A stretch of DNA of 64,000 bases. Source: an uncultured Nitrospira sp. (GTDB taxonomy: Bacteria > Nitrospirota > Nitrospiria > Nitrospirales > Nitrospiraceae). A program made the translations under genes and the position numbers. The stretch is from contig CAZOHW010000001.1 of the NCBI GenBank assembly GCA_964579525.1, forward strand, positions 80,569 to 144,568, given 5' to 3'. How positions within the stretch are numbered: the stretch's first letter is position 1; every line of letters begins with the position of its first letter. This document shows positions 29,366 to 38,878 of this stretch, one piece after another. The notes beneath the pieces were generated by a model, which saw only the letters and a list, made by a program, of their open reading frames with translations, ran no database searches and was not told the DNA's origin.

Positions 29366-30872
29366 GGAGATCCTCCTGTTGATGTTCAAGGCACACGCTC
29401 ACTCGGACTTTCAACGTCGTCCCAGTTCCAAGCGCGCTCTCAATCGTCATCTCTGCGCCGATCTGACGAGCCCGTTCAGCCATGCTCAACAATCCCAACC
29501 CCGCTTCACCCGCAGTGCTATGACGAACCACAAATCCCCGCCCAGTATCAGAGACGCAGAGCTCGAGGATAGAGCCATCAAGCGATAACCCCACACCGCA
29601 TTCTTGCACGCCGGCATGTTTCACCACATTCTGCAGCGCTTCCTCAGCGATACGATATAAGCCGGCCGCAACCATCGGAATCAGACGACACCGCACGTCT
29701 GTCACATGCGCCACGATGCGGAATCCATGGCGCCGCTCCACATCATCGATCAACCGGGACAAGGACGCGCTAATCCCCAACCGATCCACCATCACCGGAT
29801 GAAGTCGCAACGCCAACGTTCGCGTGGAAGACACTAACGCATCGTTCTCAGCAATCACCCCTTGAAGAGCCGTCAACATCTCCTCTTTCGTCTGAGGAGG
29901 GAGCTGCACAAGTGACCGAAGCACAAACCCTATGCCTCCAAGACCGCTGACGACGTGATCGTGGAGCTCGCGAGCGAGCCGGGACCGCTCCTCTTCTTGA
30001 ATCGCAATGACACGCTCACCTAAAAGACGTGTCTCCCGATCCTTATCTAATAACGCCTGGATTTGTGATTTCATCGACGCTTCATAATGATTGACCATGT
30101 CATCTATAACTCGGATCTGCCCCACACCCGCTTTACCCAAGCGCGCCGCTTGCACACGAATCATTCCGAGCTGCATTGCCAAACAGACTAATCGGAATAA
30201 CGTCAGGACGTGCGGGGACACTGGCCGCCGGACAAACAGGATCGTCATAAAGGATCGGCCGTTGAAACACTCGCCGATACACCCCAACACAAAGCGAATC
30301 CCGTAGCGATCAACAAATTGCGGATCAGAGATATACGCACGTTCTGGCGAAACCGGGAGCGAAAAGTTCACACAGCTCGAACTCACCGCTTCTAGGTCCA
30401 GCACCACTTCGTCTGAACCTGAGTCACGCCACAATCCCGTTCGTCGAAACACCTCCACAAACAATGGATACGTAGTTTCTAGTTCTGATACACGAAGCGG
30501 AATCCTTGAATGCCGACACGATCGCATCGGATCATTCCAATACTCTTCTGCGCCCGCCGAACCAGTGAGTACTAATTGCAAACATGAGGACTCCAACGTC
30601 CGAGCATCACCACTCGAAATACCATCGACGTTATTCGCTCTCTCATCGGATGGACGCTCTGTCAGAAAACATCGAGCCAGGACAATTTCACTCGGGGGGC
30701 CAACGGCAGGACGAAACCAGTCAACTAAACACTCCATGGTCCGTTGCACAAACTGCTCGATCGAGACACAATCTGTGGCTAACGCACGGATTTCCGCTGT
30801 CACACGGCAGACATCCATCTGCTTCATGTCATCCCACGACAGCCCGCATCTCGTTCGCACCGAGGAAATCAC
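29343..30872 (-). CDS. Cytoplasmic sensor histidine kinase (HisKA_3) with uncharacterised GAF-like N-domain
   Basis: EEERSRLARELHD, EEALQNVVKHA, DTGRGF and GLGLLSM motifs; no TM helix; start uncertain. Confidence 0.88.
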   Translation of the reverse strand: MISSVRTRCGLSWDDMKQMDVCRVTAEIRALATDCVSIEQFVQRTMECLVDWFRPAVGPPSEIVLARCFLTERPSDERANNVDGISSGDARTLESSCLQLVLTGSAGAEEYWNDPMRSCRHSRIPLRVSELETTYPLFVEVFRRTGLWRDSGSDEVVLDLEAVSSSCVNFSLPVSPERAYISDPQFVDRYGIRFVLGCIGECFNGRSFMTILFVRRPVSPHVLTLFRLVCLAMQLGMIRVQAARLGKAGVGQIRVIDDMVNHYEASMKSQIQALLDKDRETRLLGERVIAIQEEERSRLARELHDHVVSGLGGIGFVLRSLVQLPPQTKEEMLTALQGVIAENDALVSSTRTLALRLHPVMVDRLGISASLSRLIDDVERRHGFRIVAHVTDVRCRLIPMVAAGLYRIAEEALQNVVKHAGVQECGVGLSLDGSILELCVSDTGRGFVVRHSTAGEAGLGLLSMAERARQIGAEMTIESALGTGTTLKVRVSVCLEHQQEDLHGAGSSL

Positions 30873-30949
30873 AACAGCCTCTCCCCAGCCCCGGACAGAG
30901 CTATATCAAAACAGGCATTTCTAGATCCCATACCCGAAGAAGAATTTCA

Positions 30950-30969
30950 TACTGGTAAAGTAGCCAGGT
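30950..30969. promoter_or_regulatory. lux-box-like 20-mer
   Basis: TACTGGTAAAGTAGCCAGGT fits NNCT-N12-AGNN with a CTGG/CCAG dyad; upstream of the PRTRC operon. Confidence 0.35.
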
Positions 30970-31056
30970 ACCGGCCCAGTCCATCCGCTATCTAACACGA
31001 CAACTCGATCAACCACGGCCACCTATCACATTGATATTACAGGGGGATACCACACA

Positions 31057-31746
31057 ATGACTTCCTCACTCCTCGAGGCACCAGTTGACGCCGTCGAACC
31101 CTCCCGGACAGCCACTCAAGCGACCGACACCCCCTCCCCCATACCCTCAACTCCCCCTACCGAATTAAGCCTACCCCCAGCCTCACCGAACACCACCCCG
31201 CCAGCACCGACGGCTTCAGGCTCAGCTGATACTCAAGAGGCAGACGACATCGAAGACGACAACAGGAATTTAGTCTCCTCGAGCCTTGAACTCGATTCAC
31301 CAGAATTCACCAAGGCCACCATTTCGATCTACCTCCAAGTTCTGCCACACGACCATCACCCGGAAGGGCGACCTGTGATCCTCGGGATACGGAGCCACGA
31401 TCTCCCACCATTGACCCTCACGCGTCGATGGAACCAATTGCTCCCACTTCCAACGGATATCGACCAACTCCTCCGCCAATGGGAATCTCACTATCCATCT
31501 GCTATTCAAACCCGTAAGACATCCCGTGATGTCAAACGCGAACAAGAGCGCCAACAAGCCGAAGCTCGCAAAACTGAAAACAAGCGTCGTCAGGAAGAAA
31601 AGAAGAACCAAAAGCCCGCGCGGCGGACCGAGAACAAGACACCGGTTGCTCCGGCAAAACAGCTCCGCGCACCCACAGCCGCGGCCTCAGCCGCACCACC
31701 TGCTGCCGAGTCCACACCACCGTCCACGCAATCGAGCCTGTTCTAA
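31057..31746 (+). CDS. PRTRC protein E-like; low-complexity; ends QSSLF
   Basis: First gene of the operon; short folded core, charged coil, Pro/Ala tail ending SLF. Confidence 0.5.
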   Translation: MTSSLLEAPVDAVEPSRTATQATDTPSPIPSTPPTELSLPPASPNTTPPAPTASGSADTQEADDIEDDNRNLVSSSLELDSPEFTKATISIYLQVLPHDHHPEGRPVILGIRSHDLPPLTLTRRWNQLLPLPTDIDQLLRQWESHYPSAIQTRKTSRDVKREQERQQAEARKTENKRRQEEKKNQKPARRTENKTPVAPAKQLRAPTAAASAAPPAAESTPPSTQSSLF

Positions 31747-31760
31747 ACCATGGAGAATGT

Positions 31761-32195
31761 ATGGTCACGCTACAAATCGAAGGACAGAGTTTAGAGTTGC
31801 CTGCTGACATTGCGATCAACGACGACGCACTCCGCCGAGCGATCGCGCCATTATTTCCACAGGCCGCTAATGCACGCTTTGAACGTGTGACGGATGGGGA
31901 AGGCCGCACCGTCATCAAAGTCACGAAACAAGCCGGCGATAAAGGGATCACGGCCGAGCGCATTCTGGCAGCCATCCAACGCTGCCGCCGTCACGTCAAC
32001 CCAGCCATTCTGCTCCATCAACGCGTCCAGCAATCTTCGACCAAGATGTCCCCTGAGGATTTGCTCCAATTACAACGCGATCTCGACCAGGCCATCACCA
32101 AAGGCGAACATGAATTGAAGGTCACCCATGCCATCCTCGCTCGCTTGCTCAGCGCCCCCGCCGTTCCTACCCACACGACGCCCATCGGATTTTAA
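31761..32195 (+). CDS. PRTRC protein C-like ubiquitin-like protein with C-terminal extension
   Basis: LELP..DDALRRAIAPLFPQAANA..VTKQAGDKG followed by 82 further residues; GGAG RBS. Confidence 0.6.
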   Translation: MVTLQIEGQSLELPADIAINDDALRRAIAPLFPQAANARFERVTDGEGRTVIKVTKQAGDKGITAERILAAIQRCRRHVNPAILLHQRVQQSSTKMSPEDLLQLQRDLDQAITKGEHELKVTHAILARLLSAPAVPTHTTPIGF

Positions 32196-32982
32196 GGCGT
32201 TCGGCTCCTTACCTGACGCCATCGAAGCCCTGAAACAGCAACAGATCAAAGGGGTGGACCATTGCCTTGAAGATTTGGCCCATCTCCAACGTCGGTTATC
32301 ACTCCTCACGCTCTTTCAAGAACTCTTCCCCAGTCAATTTCACAAGGCCTGTCGCCGTCTCTCACACACAACTCTCGATGAATGTCTCACGCGCACCTTG
32401 CCGCCGTTCATGACCGCCATTTCCAAACAGTACTTCCCAGTCGATGATTTCGATTTCGATTACGCAATGGATTGCTGGCCGGAAATCCCCATCCCAGCAC
32501 ACAATTACGACGTCGAATCAGATTTCGAGGACGCACCCAGGGCTATACGAGTCGCCGCCTTTCTTGTTGGGTGCTACAGCTCCTCCCCCAGTCTTGAAGA
32601 CTTACGAACCGAACTGCCCGGCATTCATCTCCCAGAATGTTGGAACGATCCCAAACATTGGTGCAAACGCGATACCAATCTCTACTCCAAGCTCAGCGCC
32701 AACGAACCACGCCATATTCGTAACTTTTGGCTCTTATTCGAGACGCTCGCGCATGATACAGGGAGTATCTTTTTGGATATCAGTTACGACTCTGGCGGAT
32801 GTGAACACAACTACCAGTGGGATAAAGCGACTGTGGAGTCCCTGCATCAACAATGGATTCGGACCAAAACCATTACACGAACCAATGCGGCCACCATCCG
32901 TGCGTTTGATCGTGCTCCCGCAAGTTGGAACACCCTCTTTCGTTGCTGGGCTGACATGTGCCGTTTCTCACGGAGCGAATAG
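32128..32982 (+). CDS. PRTRC protein F-like
   Basis: Sits between C and E2; HDTGSIFLD..W..VESLHQQW motif. Confidence 0.5.
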   Translation: MPSSLACSAPPPFLPTRRPSDFKAFGSLPDAIEALKQQQIKGVDHCLEDLAHLQRRLSLLTLFQELFPSQFHKACRRLSHTTLDECLTRTLPPFMTAISKQYFPVDDFDFDYAMDCWPEIPIPAHNYDVESDFEDAPRAIRVAAFLVGCYSSSPSLEDLRTELPGIHLPECWNDPKHWCKRDTNLYSKLSANEPRHIRNFWLLFETLAHDTGSIFLDISYDSGGCEHNYQWDKATVESLHQQWIRTKTITRTNAATIRAFDRAPASWNTLFRCWADMCRFSRSE

Positions 32983-32987
32983 AAATC

Positions 32988-33656
32988 ATGAAACAAGACC
33001 TAAATATCCACGCCTCACTCCATTTCGTTCGCGGACAACTCCTACTCGAATATCCAGAGAAACAGGGCATGGTCCGCAAATGTATTTCCCCAGACGCCGT
33101 CCGCAGTGCTCTTCTCCTCCAACAATTTGATAGCGGCTGGATCACTCCGCACACCATCCGCCACGGGGAAAACCATCACGGGCCATGGGTCATCCAGCGC
33201 TATCCTGCCGCTGCCCATACTTTACGGTTCAACGACCCGCTGCCGATGCCCGGCACGAAAACGCTACTGATGATCACCGTTCCCTTACCGGAACTCCTCT
33301 TTATCGGAGCACACAACTCGTATTCCCTCTTTGCTATTCGAGTCTGGCAACACGAAACAACCGTGCTCTACCATGCTCCCCTTCCCAACGTCGGAGAGAC
33401 AGGTCAAGTGTGCTTTGGTTCTGTAGCAATACCAAAAGCCTCCCCACACTCCATGAACGAAGCGTGGCAGTTATTTTGGAATTCCTCCTTCAACTCCGAT
33501 CTCACCACCAACAAATCACGAGCCCACAATGACAATATTATCGACCACCTGTGCCACGTCGCCCAACAGCGCCTCCCTCAATACCCCGGCGCCGATTTAA
33601 TTCGCACCCGGTTCACCATCGCTCAGATCCTGGCCCAGCTCAATCATGAGGACTAA
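32988..33656 (+). CDS. Prokaryotic E2 family D (PRTRC protein B)
   Basis: VPLPELLF, LYHAPLPNVGETGQVCFG (putative catalytic Cys), FWNSSFN. Confidence 0.85.
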   Translation: MKQDLNIHASLHFVRGQLLLEYPEKQGMVRKCISPDAVRSALLLQQFDSGWITPHTIRHGENHHGPWVIQRYPAAAHTLRFNDPLPMPGTKTLLMITVPLPELLFIGAHNSYSLFAIRVWQHETTVLYHAPLPNVGETGQVCFGSVAIPKASPHSMNEAWQLFWNSSFNSDLTTNKSRAHNDNIIDHLCHVAQQRLPQYPGADLIRTRFTIAQILAQLNHED

Positions 33657-33659
33657 CCT

Positions 33660-34295
33660 ATGTCCACCGATACCGGCATTTCCTTCATCCACCATCGCAT
33701 CGCAACATCACCCCTCCCGCCGCCGGCATCCGCACTCTACGAGTATCTGCTCGCTGGCAACGGCGTCTTTCTTCGAGCCCAAAGACAAGGGATCTCCGCC
33801 TGTATTCCCGTCGCACCGGCAGAAATCCGAGGGCTCCCATCCGTCGAGCCATACACCTCCCTACATGCCCCACGCATTCCACAATACATAATGGAAACGA
33901 TTCTCGCTGAATCACTGACCGCCTGGGGGAATACAACCGGTCCCAAAGAAGCCTTGTTCCATTGCACCTACGAACCCGAGGCCCAGTGGACACTCACGAT
34001 CCCGGATCAAATCCGTACCTATGACTCCGTTCGCTGCACCGATCCCTTCACCCCGTCCTACGCCTCGTGTGTCGTGGAAATACATTCTCACCATGAAATG
34101 CCACCCATATTTTCATCAACCGACGACAAGGACGAAACCGGCTTTCGCCTCTTTGGTGTCATCGGAAACTTCGGCCGACGTCCGCAAATCCTGTTTCGTG
34201 TGGGGATCTATGGACACTTTGCCACTATCCCAGCCAGACATGTTGCGCACTTACCGCCCGTGTTACAGGACGCCTTCTCAGACACACAAGGCTAA
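33660..34295 (+). CDS. JAB/MPN metallopeptidase (PRTRC protein A)
   Basis: YLLAGNGVFLR, E..EIHSHHEMPPIFSSTDDKDE, RVGIYGHF. Confidence 0.88.
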   Translation: MSTDTGISFIHHRIATSPLPPPASALYEYLLAGNGVFLRAQRQGISACIPVAPAEIRGLPSVEPYTSLHAPRIPQYIMETILAESLTAWGNTTGPKEALFHCTYEPEAQWTLTIPDQIRTYDSVRCTDPFTPSYASCVVEIHSHHEMPPIFSSTDDKDETGFRLFGVIGNFGRRPQILFRVGIYGHFATIPARHVAHLPPVLQDAFSDTQG

Positions 34296-34363
34296 ACACG
34301 CCCAACTCTCGTAGCCTCTGACCGGCTCACTCTTAAGATTCTCGGCCCATCGCCCGCAAATGG

Positions 34364-35251
34364 ATGACCATGTCACAACCACCACTCGATCTCAGTCACG
34401 TCACTGCGCGAACCATCATGTCACGTCGATGCTCCTCGATCCGACTGGTCCAGGTCGGCTGCGGAGGGATTGGCGCAATGCTGGCCCTCCACACCGCCCG
34501 GCTCGCCCGAGAGTGCCAACATCACTATGACTCCGTTGACGTCTATTTCATCGACCATGACACGGTCGAACTGAAGAACATCCGACGACAGAACTTTTGC
34601 GGTGCTGAAGTGGGCCAGAATAAAGCCGAGGCCTTGGCCTATCGGTTCAATAGCGCGTGGGGATTGGGTATCACCGCCATTAGCAAGCCCTTCACCGCCA
34701 AGTTACTCCCACGTGGAAATCATGACCTACTCACCATCTTCCTTGGCTGTGTCGACAACGCCGCGGCACGACGCCAGCTGCATCAAACGATCGCCCACGA
34801 ATCCACCTATCAACAAGATGCCAGTCCCATCTGGTGGCTCGACGGAGGCAATGCCCACACATCAGGCCAAATTCTGCTCGGGAATACGATTTCGCCTAAA
34901 CTGCTTACAAGCAGTTTTGACTTACCTGGTATCTGCAAAAATCTCCCCTCCCCAGGATTGCTGCATCCCGAGTTACTCATCCCCCTCCCGAACGAACCCC
35001 TCCGACGTACCCGCTCCTGCGCCGAACTGGCGCTCATCGACCCACAATCGTTAACCATCAACAGTATGATCGCAAGCCACATGGCAGACTACCTCCTTCG
35101 CCTCAGTCTGACCGGCGACCTCCGTCGCTTTGCCACCTACATCGACATGAACACCGGAACCGTTCGCTCCTTAGCGACGACGCCAGAACAAGTCCAACAA
35201 GCGTTAGCCCATCATCCCTCACGATCTCGCACTCGCTTAAGGAACATATGA
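34364..35251 (+). CDS. ThiF/E1-like activating enzyme (PRTRC)
   Basis: VGCGGIG, DHDTVELKNIRRQNF, NKAEALA, GCVDN, WWLDGGN and SCAE motifs. Confidence 0.9.
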   Translation: MTMSQPPLDLSHVTARTIMSRRCSSIRLVQVGCGGIGAMLALHTARLARECQHHYDSVDVYFIDHDTVELKNIRRQNFCGAEVGQNKAEALAYRFNSAWGLGITAISKPFTAKLLPRGNHDLLTIFLGCVDNAAARRQLHQTIAHESTYQQDASPIWWLDGGNAHTSGQILLGNTISPKLLTSSFDLPGICKNLPSPGLLHPELLIPLPNEPLRRTRSCAELALIDPQSLTINSMIASHMADYLLRLSLTGDLRRFATYIDMNTGTVRSLATTPEQVQQALAHHPSRSRTRLRNI

Positions 35252-35880
35252 CGGATTCGCTCTGTCATCAACCGGTACCCTTCTCTCTCGCTGAGGTTCA
35301 CATGCCCTGCACGCTCTGCCATACCTGCAAGAAGACCATCCAGCACGTACTCAATCAAATGGAATTCTGTCCCCACTGTCAGCAGTACCAGTGCCCCCTC
35401 TCACACGGATTTCAGAACCCAGCACCAACCGAAGCAGAACAGACCCCGTGCGAGGCCCTTACAGTAGACTCACTGACCAATCCGACTGATCCTTGGGACA
35501 ATGCGGACATCATTTCACGCTATAGCCGAGCCACTGCCGTCGAAGACGGGATGCTCGTTGAAGTTCCACCAGCACTCTGCAAAGAATTCGGGATCCGGTT
35601 TTCGCTCGTACTGACTCGGGCTGTTTGGGATGAATATGTAACGGTTCCGGAACCACTCAAAGGATTTCAGGATGAGCAAGGCCGATTAGCGGATATCCTG
35701 ACCATGTTTCATCTTGCCGCCAAAAGAAGTGCTCCCCACAGCACACACATTGTGTTCCAAGTCATCGTCCAGCAAGAACATCATGATTCCCTCCCTCCTC
35801 CAATTACCTTAAAAGCGATCGTCGATGGCGGCGATGATGGGCTTGGCGCACTCACCATTCTCAAACCCCACGAAGATTAG
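35248..35880 (+). CDS. DUF6573-like protein with N-terminal Cys cluster
   Basis: IISRYSRATAVEDGMLVEV, TRAVW, QDEQGRL.D and TIL.PHED motifs; ATGA overlap with thiF. Confidence 0.7.
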   Translation: MTDSLCHQPVPFSLAEVHMPCTLCHTCKKTIQHVLNQMEFCPHCQQYQCPLSHGFQNPAPTEAEQTPCEALTVDSLTNPTDPWDNADIISRYSRATAVEDGMLVEVPPALCKEFGIRFSLVLTRAVWDEYVTVPEPLKGFQDEQGRLADILTMFHLAAKRSAPHSTHIVFQVIVQQEHHDSLPPPITLKAIVDGGDDGLGALTILKPHED

Positions 35881-35965
35881 ATAGGTCGTTCGATACACAC
35901 GAGCGGAAAGGGAACGGATACCACCCAAGCATCATGTGAGGACACCGCTCAACACAGGACGTCGA

Positions 35966-36478
35966 TCACGGAGAAAACCGGGCACCCATACGCTGAACGA
36001 TAAGACCAAGAAGCCTGTCAAATGCCAACCGATGACGTCTAAATTCTTCACTTTGTTGAGCGAGAACAGTATCGCGAGATCGACGATTCAGCGACTCCAT
36101 TCCCCGTTCAGTCACAACAGCAGTCCCATCGCGTTCCAACGTCACATGCGCGGACGAGAGTCGAATCCGCCGGCCGTGCGAATCTTTAAGGATCTCAATA
36201 TAGGGCGCATCGGGAATTACAATCTGCCAGTCGCGGGTGATGCGATACTGAGCGAGCGTGGCCTCGACCGAATCAAAAAAGCGATCGATATCATGGGTGT
36301 CTGACCGAGTTGATACACCCATCCGCTCCATCCGGCCGTCAACCCATTCTGTACTTTGAATCGGAGTCGGATGCCCTGGGACATACTGAAGAGTGATCAC
36401 ATCCCGATCCTGCGCATCAGCCGGGGAGAACACAAGAATGAGGACAAGGAAAAGGATGCTCCGAACAAGACGTTCCAT
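35966..36478 (-). CDS. Secreted hypothetical protein
   Basis: Signal peptide MERLVRSILFLVLILVFSPADA; GAGG upstream. Confidence 0.5.
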   Translation of the reverse strand: MERLVRSILFLVLILVFSPADAQDRDVITLQYVPGHPTPIQSTEWVDGRMERMGVSTRSDTHDIDRFFDSVEATLAQYRITRDWQIVIPDAPYIEILKDSHGRRIRLSSAHVTLERDGTAVVTERGMESLNRRSRDTVLAQQSEEFRRHRLAFDRLLGLIVQRMGARFSP

Positions 36479-36598
36479 GATTGAGATCCTGCACCTCAAT
36501 GAGAGATAGAACGGTCGAGACATCTCCGGCGCGCCTCCCTAAGACCTTTTCATCCATTCCGCCCTATCTTCACTCGAGCACCATCGAAAAGAGCCACC

Positions 36599-37246
36599 AT
36601 GCCGAAATGGATTCAGTCATTCACGGTTACATGCGGTTCTGGAAAAGGGGAATATACCGTCAGTCTCGCAGATGACGGCAGCTATGGCTGCAGTTGCCCA
36701 CACTGGAAGTTTCGGAGACAACCCTGTCGCCATATCGCCCATATCCAAGACCAAACCACCAGAAACTACCACCCCCCACGTATGAGGAGAGCAGTTCCAA
36801 CGTGCCAACCTGCAAATGTTCCACAAGTCACGTCCATGAATGAAACCATCCTATTGGTTCCGCTGATCCCCCTTCAAGATGCACACTTCCTTGCCACCGT
36901 CATCGTCGATCTCCTCGCCTACGGCATCCCCTATGACGAAATCCATCGGCGCTACCACCTGCCCTCCACTTCCAGTCGCCGTCAGTACCTCGATTTTGTC
37001 ATGACGCACGGCCGTCGCGTTTATACAGAATCTGGACCGGAGCAATTCAAAACTACACAGACCTGGAATCTTCCCGACGTGCTTCTGCCCGGAGAATCCC
37101 CACATGCATATGAATTACGAACCGGATGTCCTCAAGACCTCCTCGGTTACGCTCTCAACTCCAACAATATTACGAACCCATCCCTCAAAGACCCCACATC
37201 CATGCCACACACGGCTCGCCGACGAAGAATTCTAACCTCAGAGTAA
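36599..37246 (+). CDS. SWIM zinc-finger protein
   Basis: YTVS..YGCSCPHWKFRRQPCRHI. Confidence 0.7.
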   Translation: MPKWIQSFTVTCGSGKGEYTVSLADDGSYGCSCPHWKFRRQPCRHIAHIQDQTTRNYHPPRMRRAVPTCQPANVPQVTSMNETILLVPLIPLQDAHFLATVIVDLLAYGIPYDEIHRRYHLPSTSSRRQYLDFVMTHGRRVYTESGPEQFKTTQTWNLPDVLLPGESPHAYELRTGCPQDLLGYALNSNNITNPSLKDPTSMPHTARRRRILTSE

Positions 37247-37494
37247 CCTCGACAAAGCCGCCTTGACCACCTCACAGGATACACACCAAGGGCAGAACGA
37301 TAACCGTTCTATAGAATTGCACGATCAATTACAGCTGGGAGAATTGCCCGGTAGATCGATTAGCTATTCGGCCTTCGGACCAGAGAGGACGTCACAAACA
37401 CGAGATGAACGCTAGCAGAGCTGGGATCCATGGGAAAACCAAAATACATCGACTTTCCCATGATCCATTTATAGAGTAGCATGACCATGAGCGA

Positions 37495-37737
37495 GTGAAG
37501 GAGAAGACTGTGCCGCTGGATGACCTCTCAGACAAACTCCTCCGTATCCACCGCCTCACCACGCGTGTCATCAATTCAGATGAGGAGCTCCAGCGGATCG
37601 AGCACAGCCTCGCTGAAATCAAGCAACATCTCATCTACCAACGAATCACACAAGCCGAACAGATCATCGATCAGATCCTAAATAGACTCGACCCACCCGC
37701 AGGTCCGAGACGAACTGCCAACCCAGAAGCAGCCTAA
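37495..37737 (+). CDS. Small coiled-coil hypothetical protein
   Basis: 80-aa helical ORF convergent with luxR. Confidence 0.35.
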   Translation: MKEKTVPLDDLSDKLLRIHRLTTRVINSDEELQRIEHSLAEIKQHLIYQRITQAEQIIDQILNRLDPPAGPRRTANPEAA

Positions 37738-37765
37738 CGTATCCAAAAAGACATCGAATGATGTC

Positions 37766-38566
37766 CTACACAACATTCGGCAAGCCATGCTCAATGGCTG
37801 ACACTACCGCTTGTGCCCGTGAGGACACATTCAGTTTGGCAAAAATATTTTCAACATGGAAACGAACTGTCCGTTCACTCACGCCCATGATCAGAGAAAT
37901 TTCTAAGTTCGTCTTGCCGTTCTTGATCCAATTCAGCGTAGCCAACTCTCGAATGGTCAGTCTCTTCACACATTGATCCAACGACAGGTCCGTGGCTGAA
38001 GCGATCCGCATGAGAGACAAATGGACGTGGTACCCCAAATACTCAACAAGCGGGACATACCGGGACGCATCGATCTGCTTGGATGAAGCAAAAGAGCAAA
38101 AGGACACAACCTTACACGCAGGATCGACAGACCCGGTTGTGATTCCATCAACCAGTCCAAACACACACGCAGCCTCAACAAACTCCTTCTGTTTCTCAGA
38201 CGTGACGCTCGCATAGACTTCCTGCCAGTGTTGAGTCCCCTGGTTCATCAAAGCCGATTGCAAGACAGGATCAATCTCCATATACCCTTTACGCGAATAC
38301 AGCTGTAACCACTCATCAGGATAGCTCGCATTGACAATGTTCGAAAATCCTCGAAAGGCCCCATCTGGGTTCAATAACGCAATGCCCCCGATCACTCGTG
38401 TAAAACCCAAAAGATCCTGAATTCGTAAGAGCGCCTCCTTTACCTCGACAGCAGTCTCAGCCGCGGAGGTGTAGTGCAACGCCTCGATGAACGAGATACA
38501 TTCTTCTTTTGAAAGTCGCTCAACCAACTCTTTCGGATACGACCGCTTCTCAGCAATTAAGGACAT
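37766..38566 (-). CDS. LuxR-family autoinducer-binding regulator (solo within this window)
   Basis: YPDEWLQLY..Y.EIDPV..W..G AHL-binding residues plus HTH LTIRE..GKTNLEIS..SERTVRFH; GGAGGG RBS; no luxI in window. Confidence 0.9.
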   Translation of the reverse strand: MSLIAEKRSYPKELVERLSKEECISFIEALHYTSAAETAVEVKEALLRIQDLLGFTRVIGGIALLNPDGAFRGFSNIVNASYPDEWLQLYSRKGYMEIDPVLQSALMNQGTQHWQEVYASVTSEKQKEFVEAACVFGLVDGITTGSVDPACKVVSFCSFASSKQIDASRYVPLVEYLGYHVHLSLMRIASATDLSLDQCVKRLTIRELATLNWIKNGKTNLEISLIMGVSERTVRFHVENIFAKLNVSSRAQAVVSAIEHGLPNVV

Positions 38567-38878
38567 GAAACCCTCCCTCCTTGCATACAAGATCCCCAAC
38601 GTACTACGAGCAGAGGGTTAAATTCGAGAGACTAACACTTAAGTAGGGTGCCTAGTATTACCGGACAGATATAGCACGAGGAATTGTGGCTGGAGCGAGT
38701 ACTAGTAGAGAACTGAATCCATTATAAACCAAGATGGGGGCCGATTTCAGCCAATTCTAGCCGTTCGAATATGAACGCCTCACACACTTAGTCTGACTAC
38801 GGAGTCATACCTGCGTACCGCGAATAGACCATTCCAAAGACCCATTCTTCACACCAAGTTTGCCGTCTCTTTTATTTG

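Noticed and set aside
37333-37352. Second lux-box-like 20-mer AGCTGGGAGAATTGCCCGGT
   Set aside because: Lacks the conserved AG and has no well-placed -10
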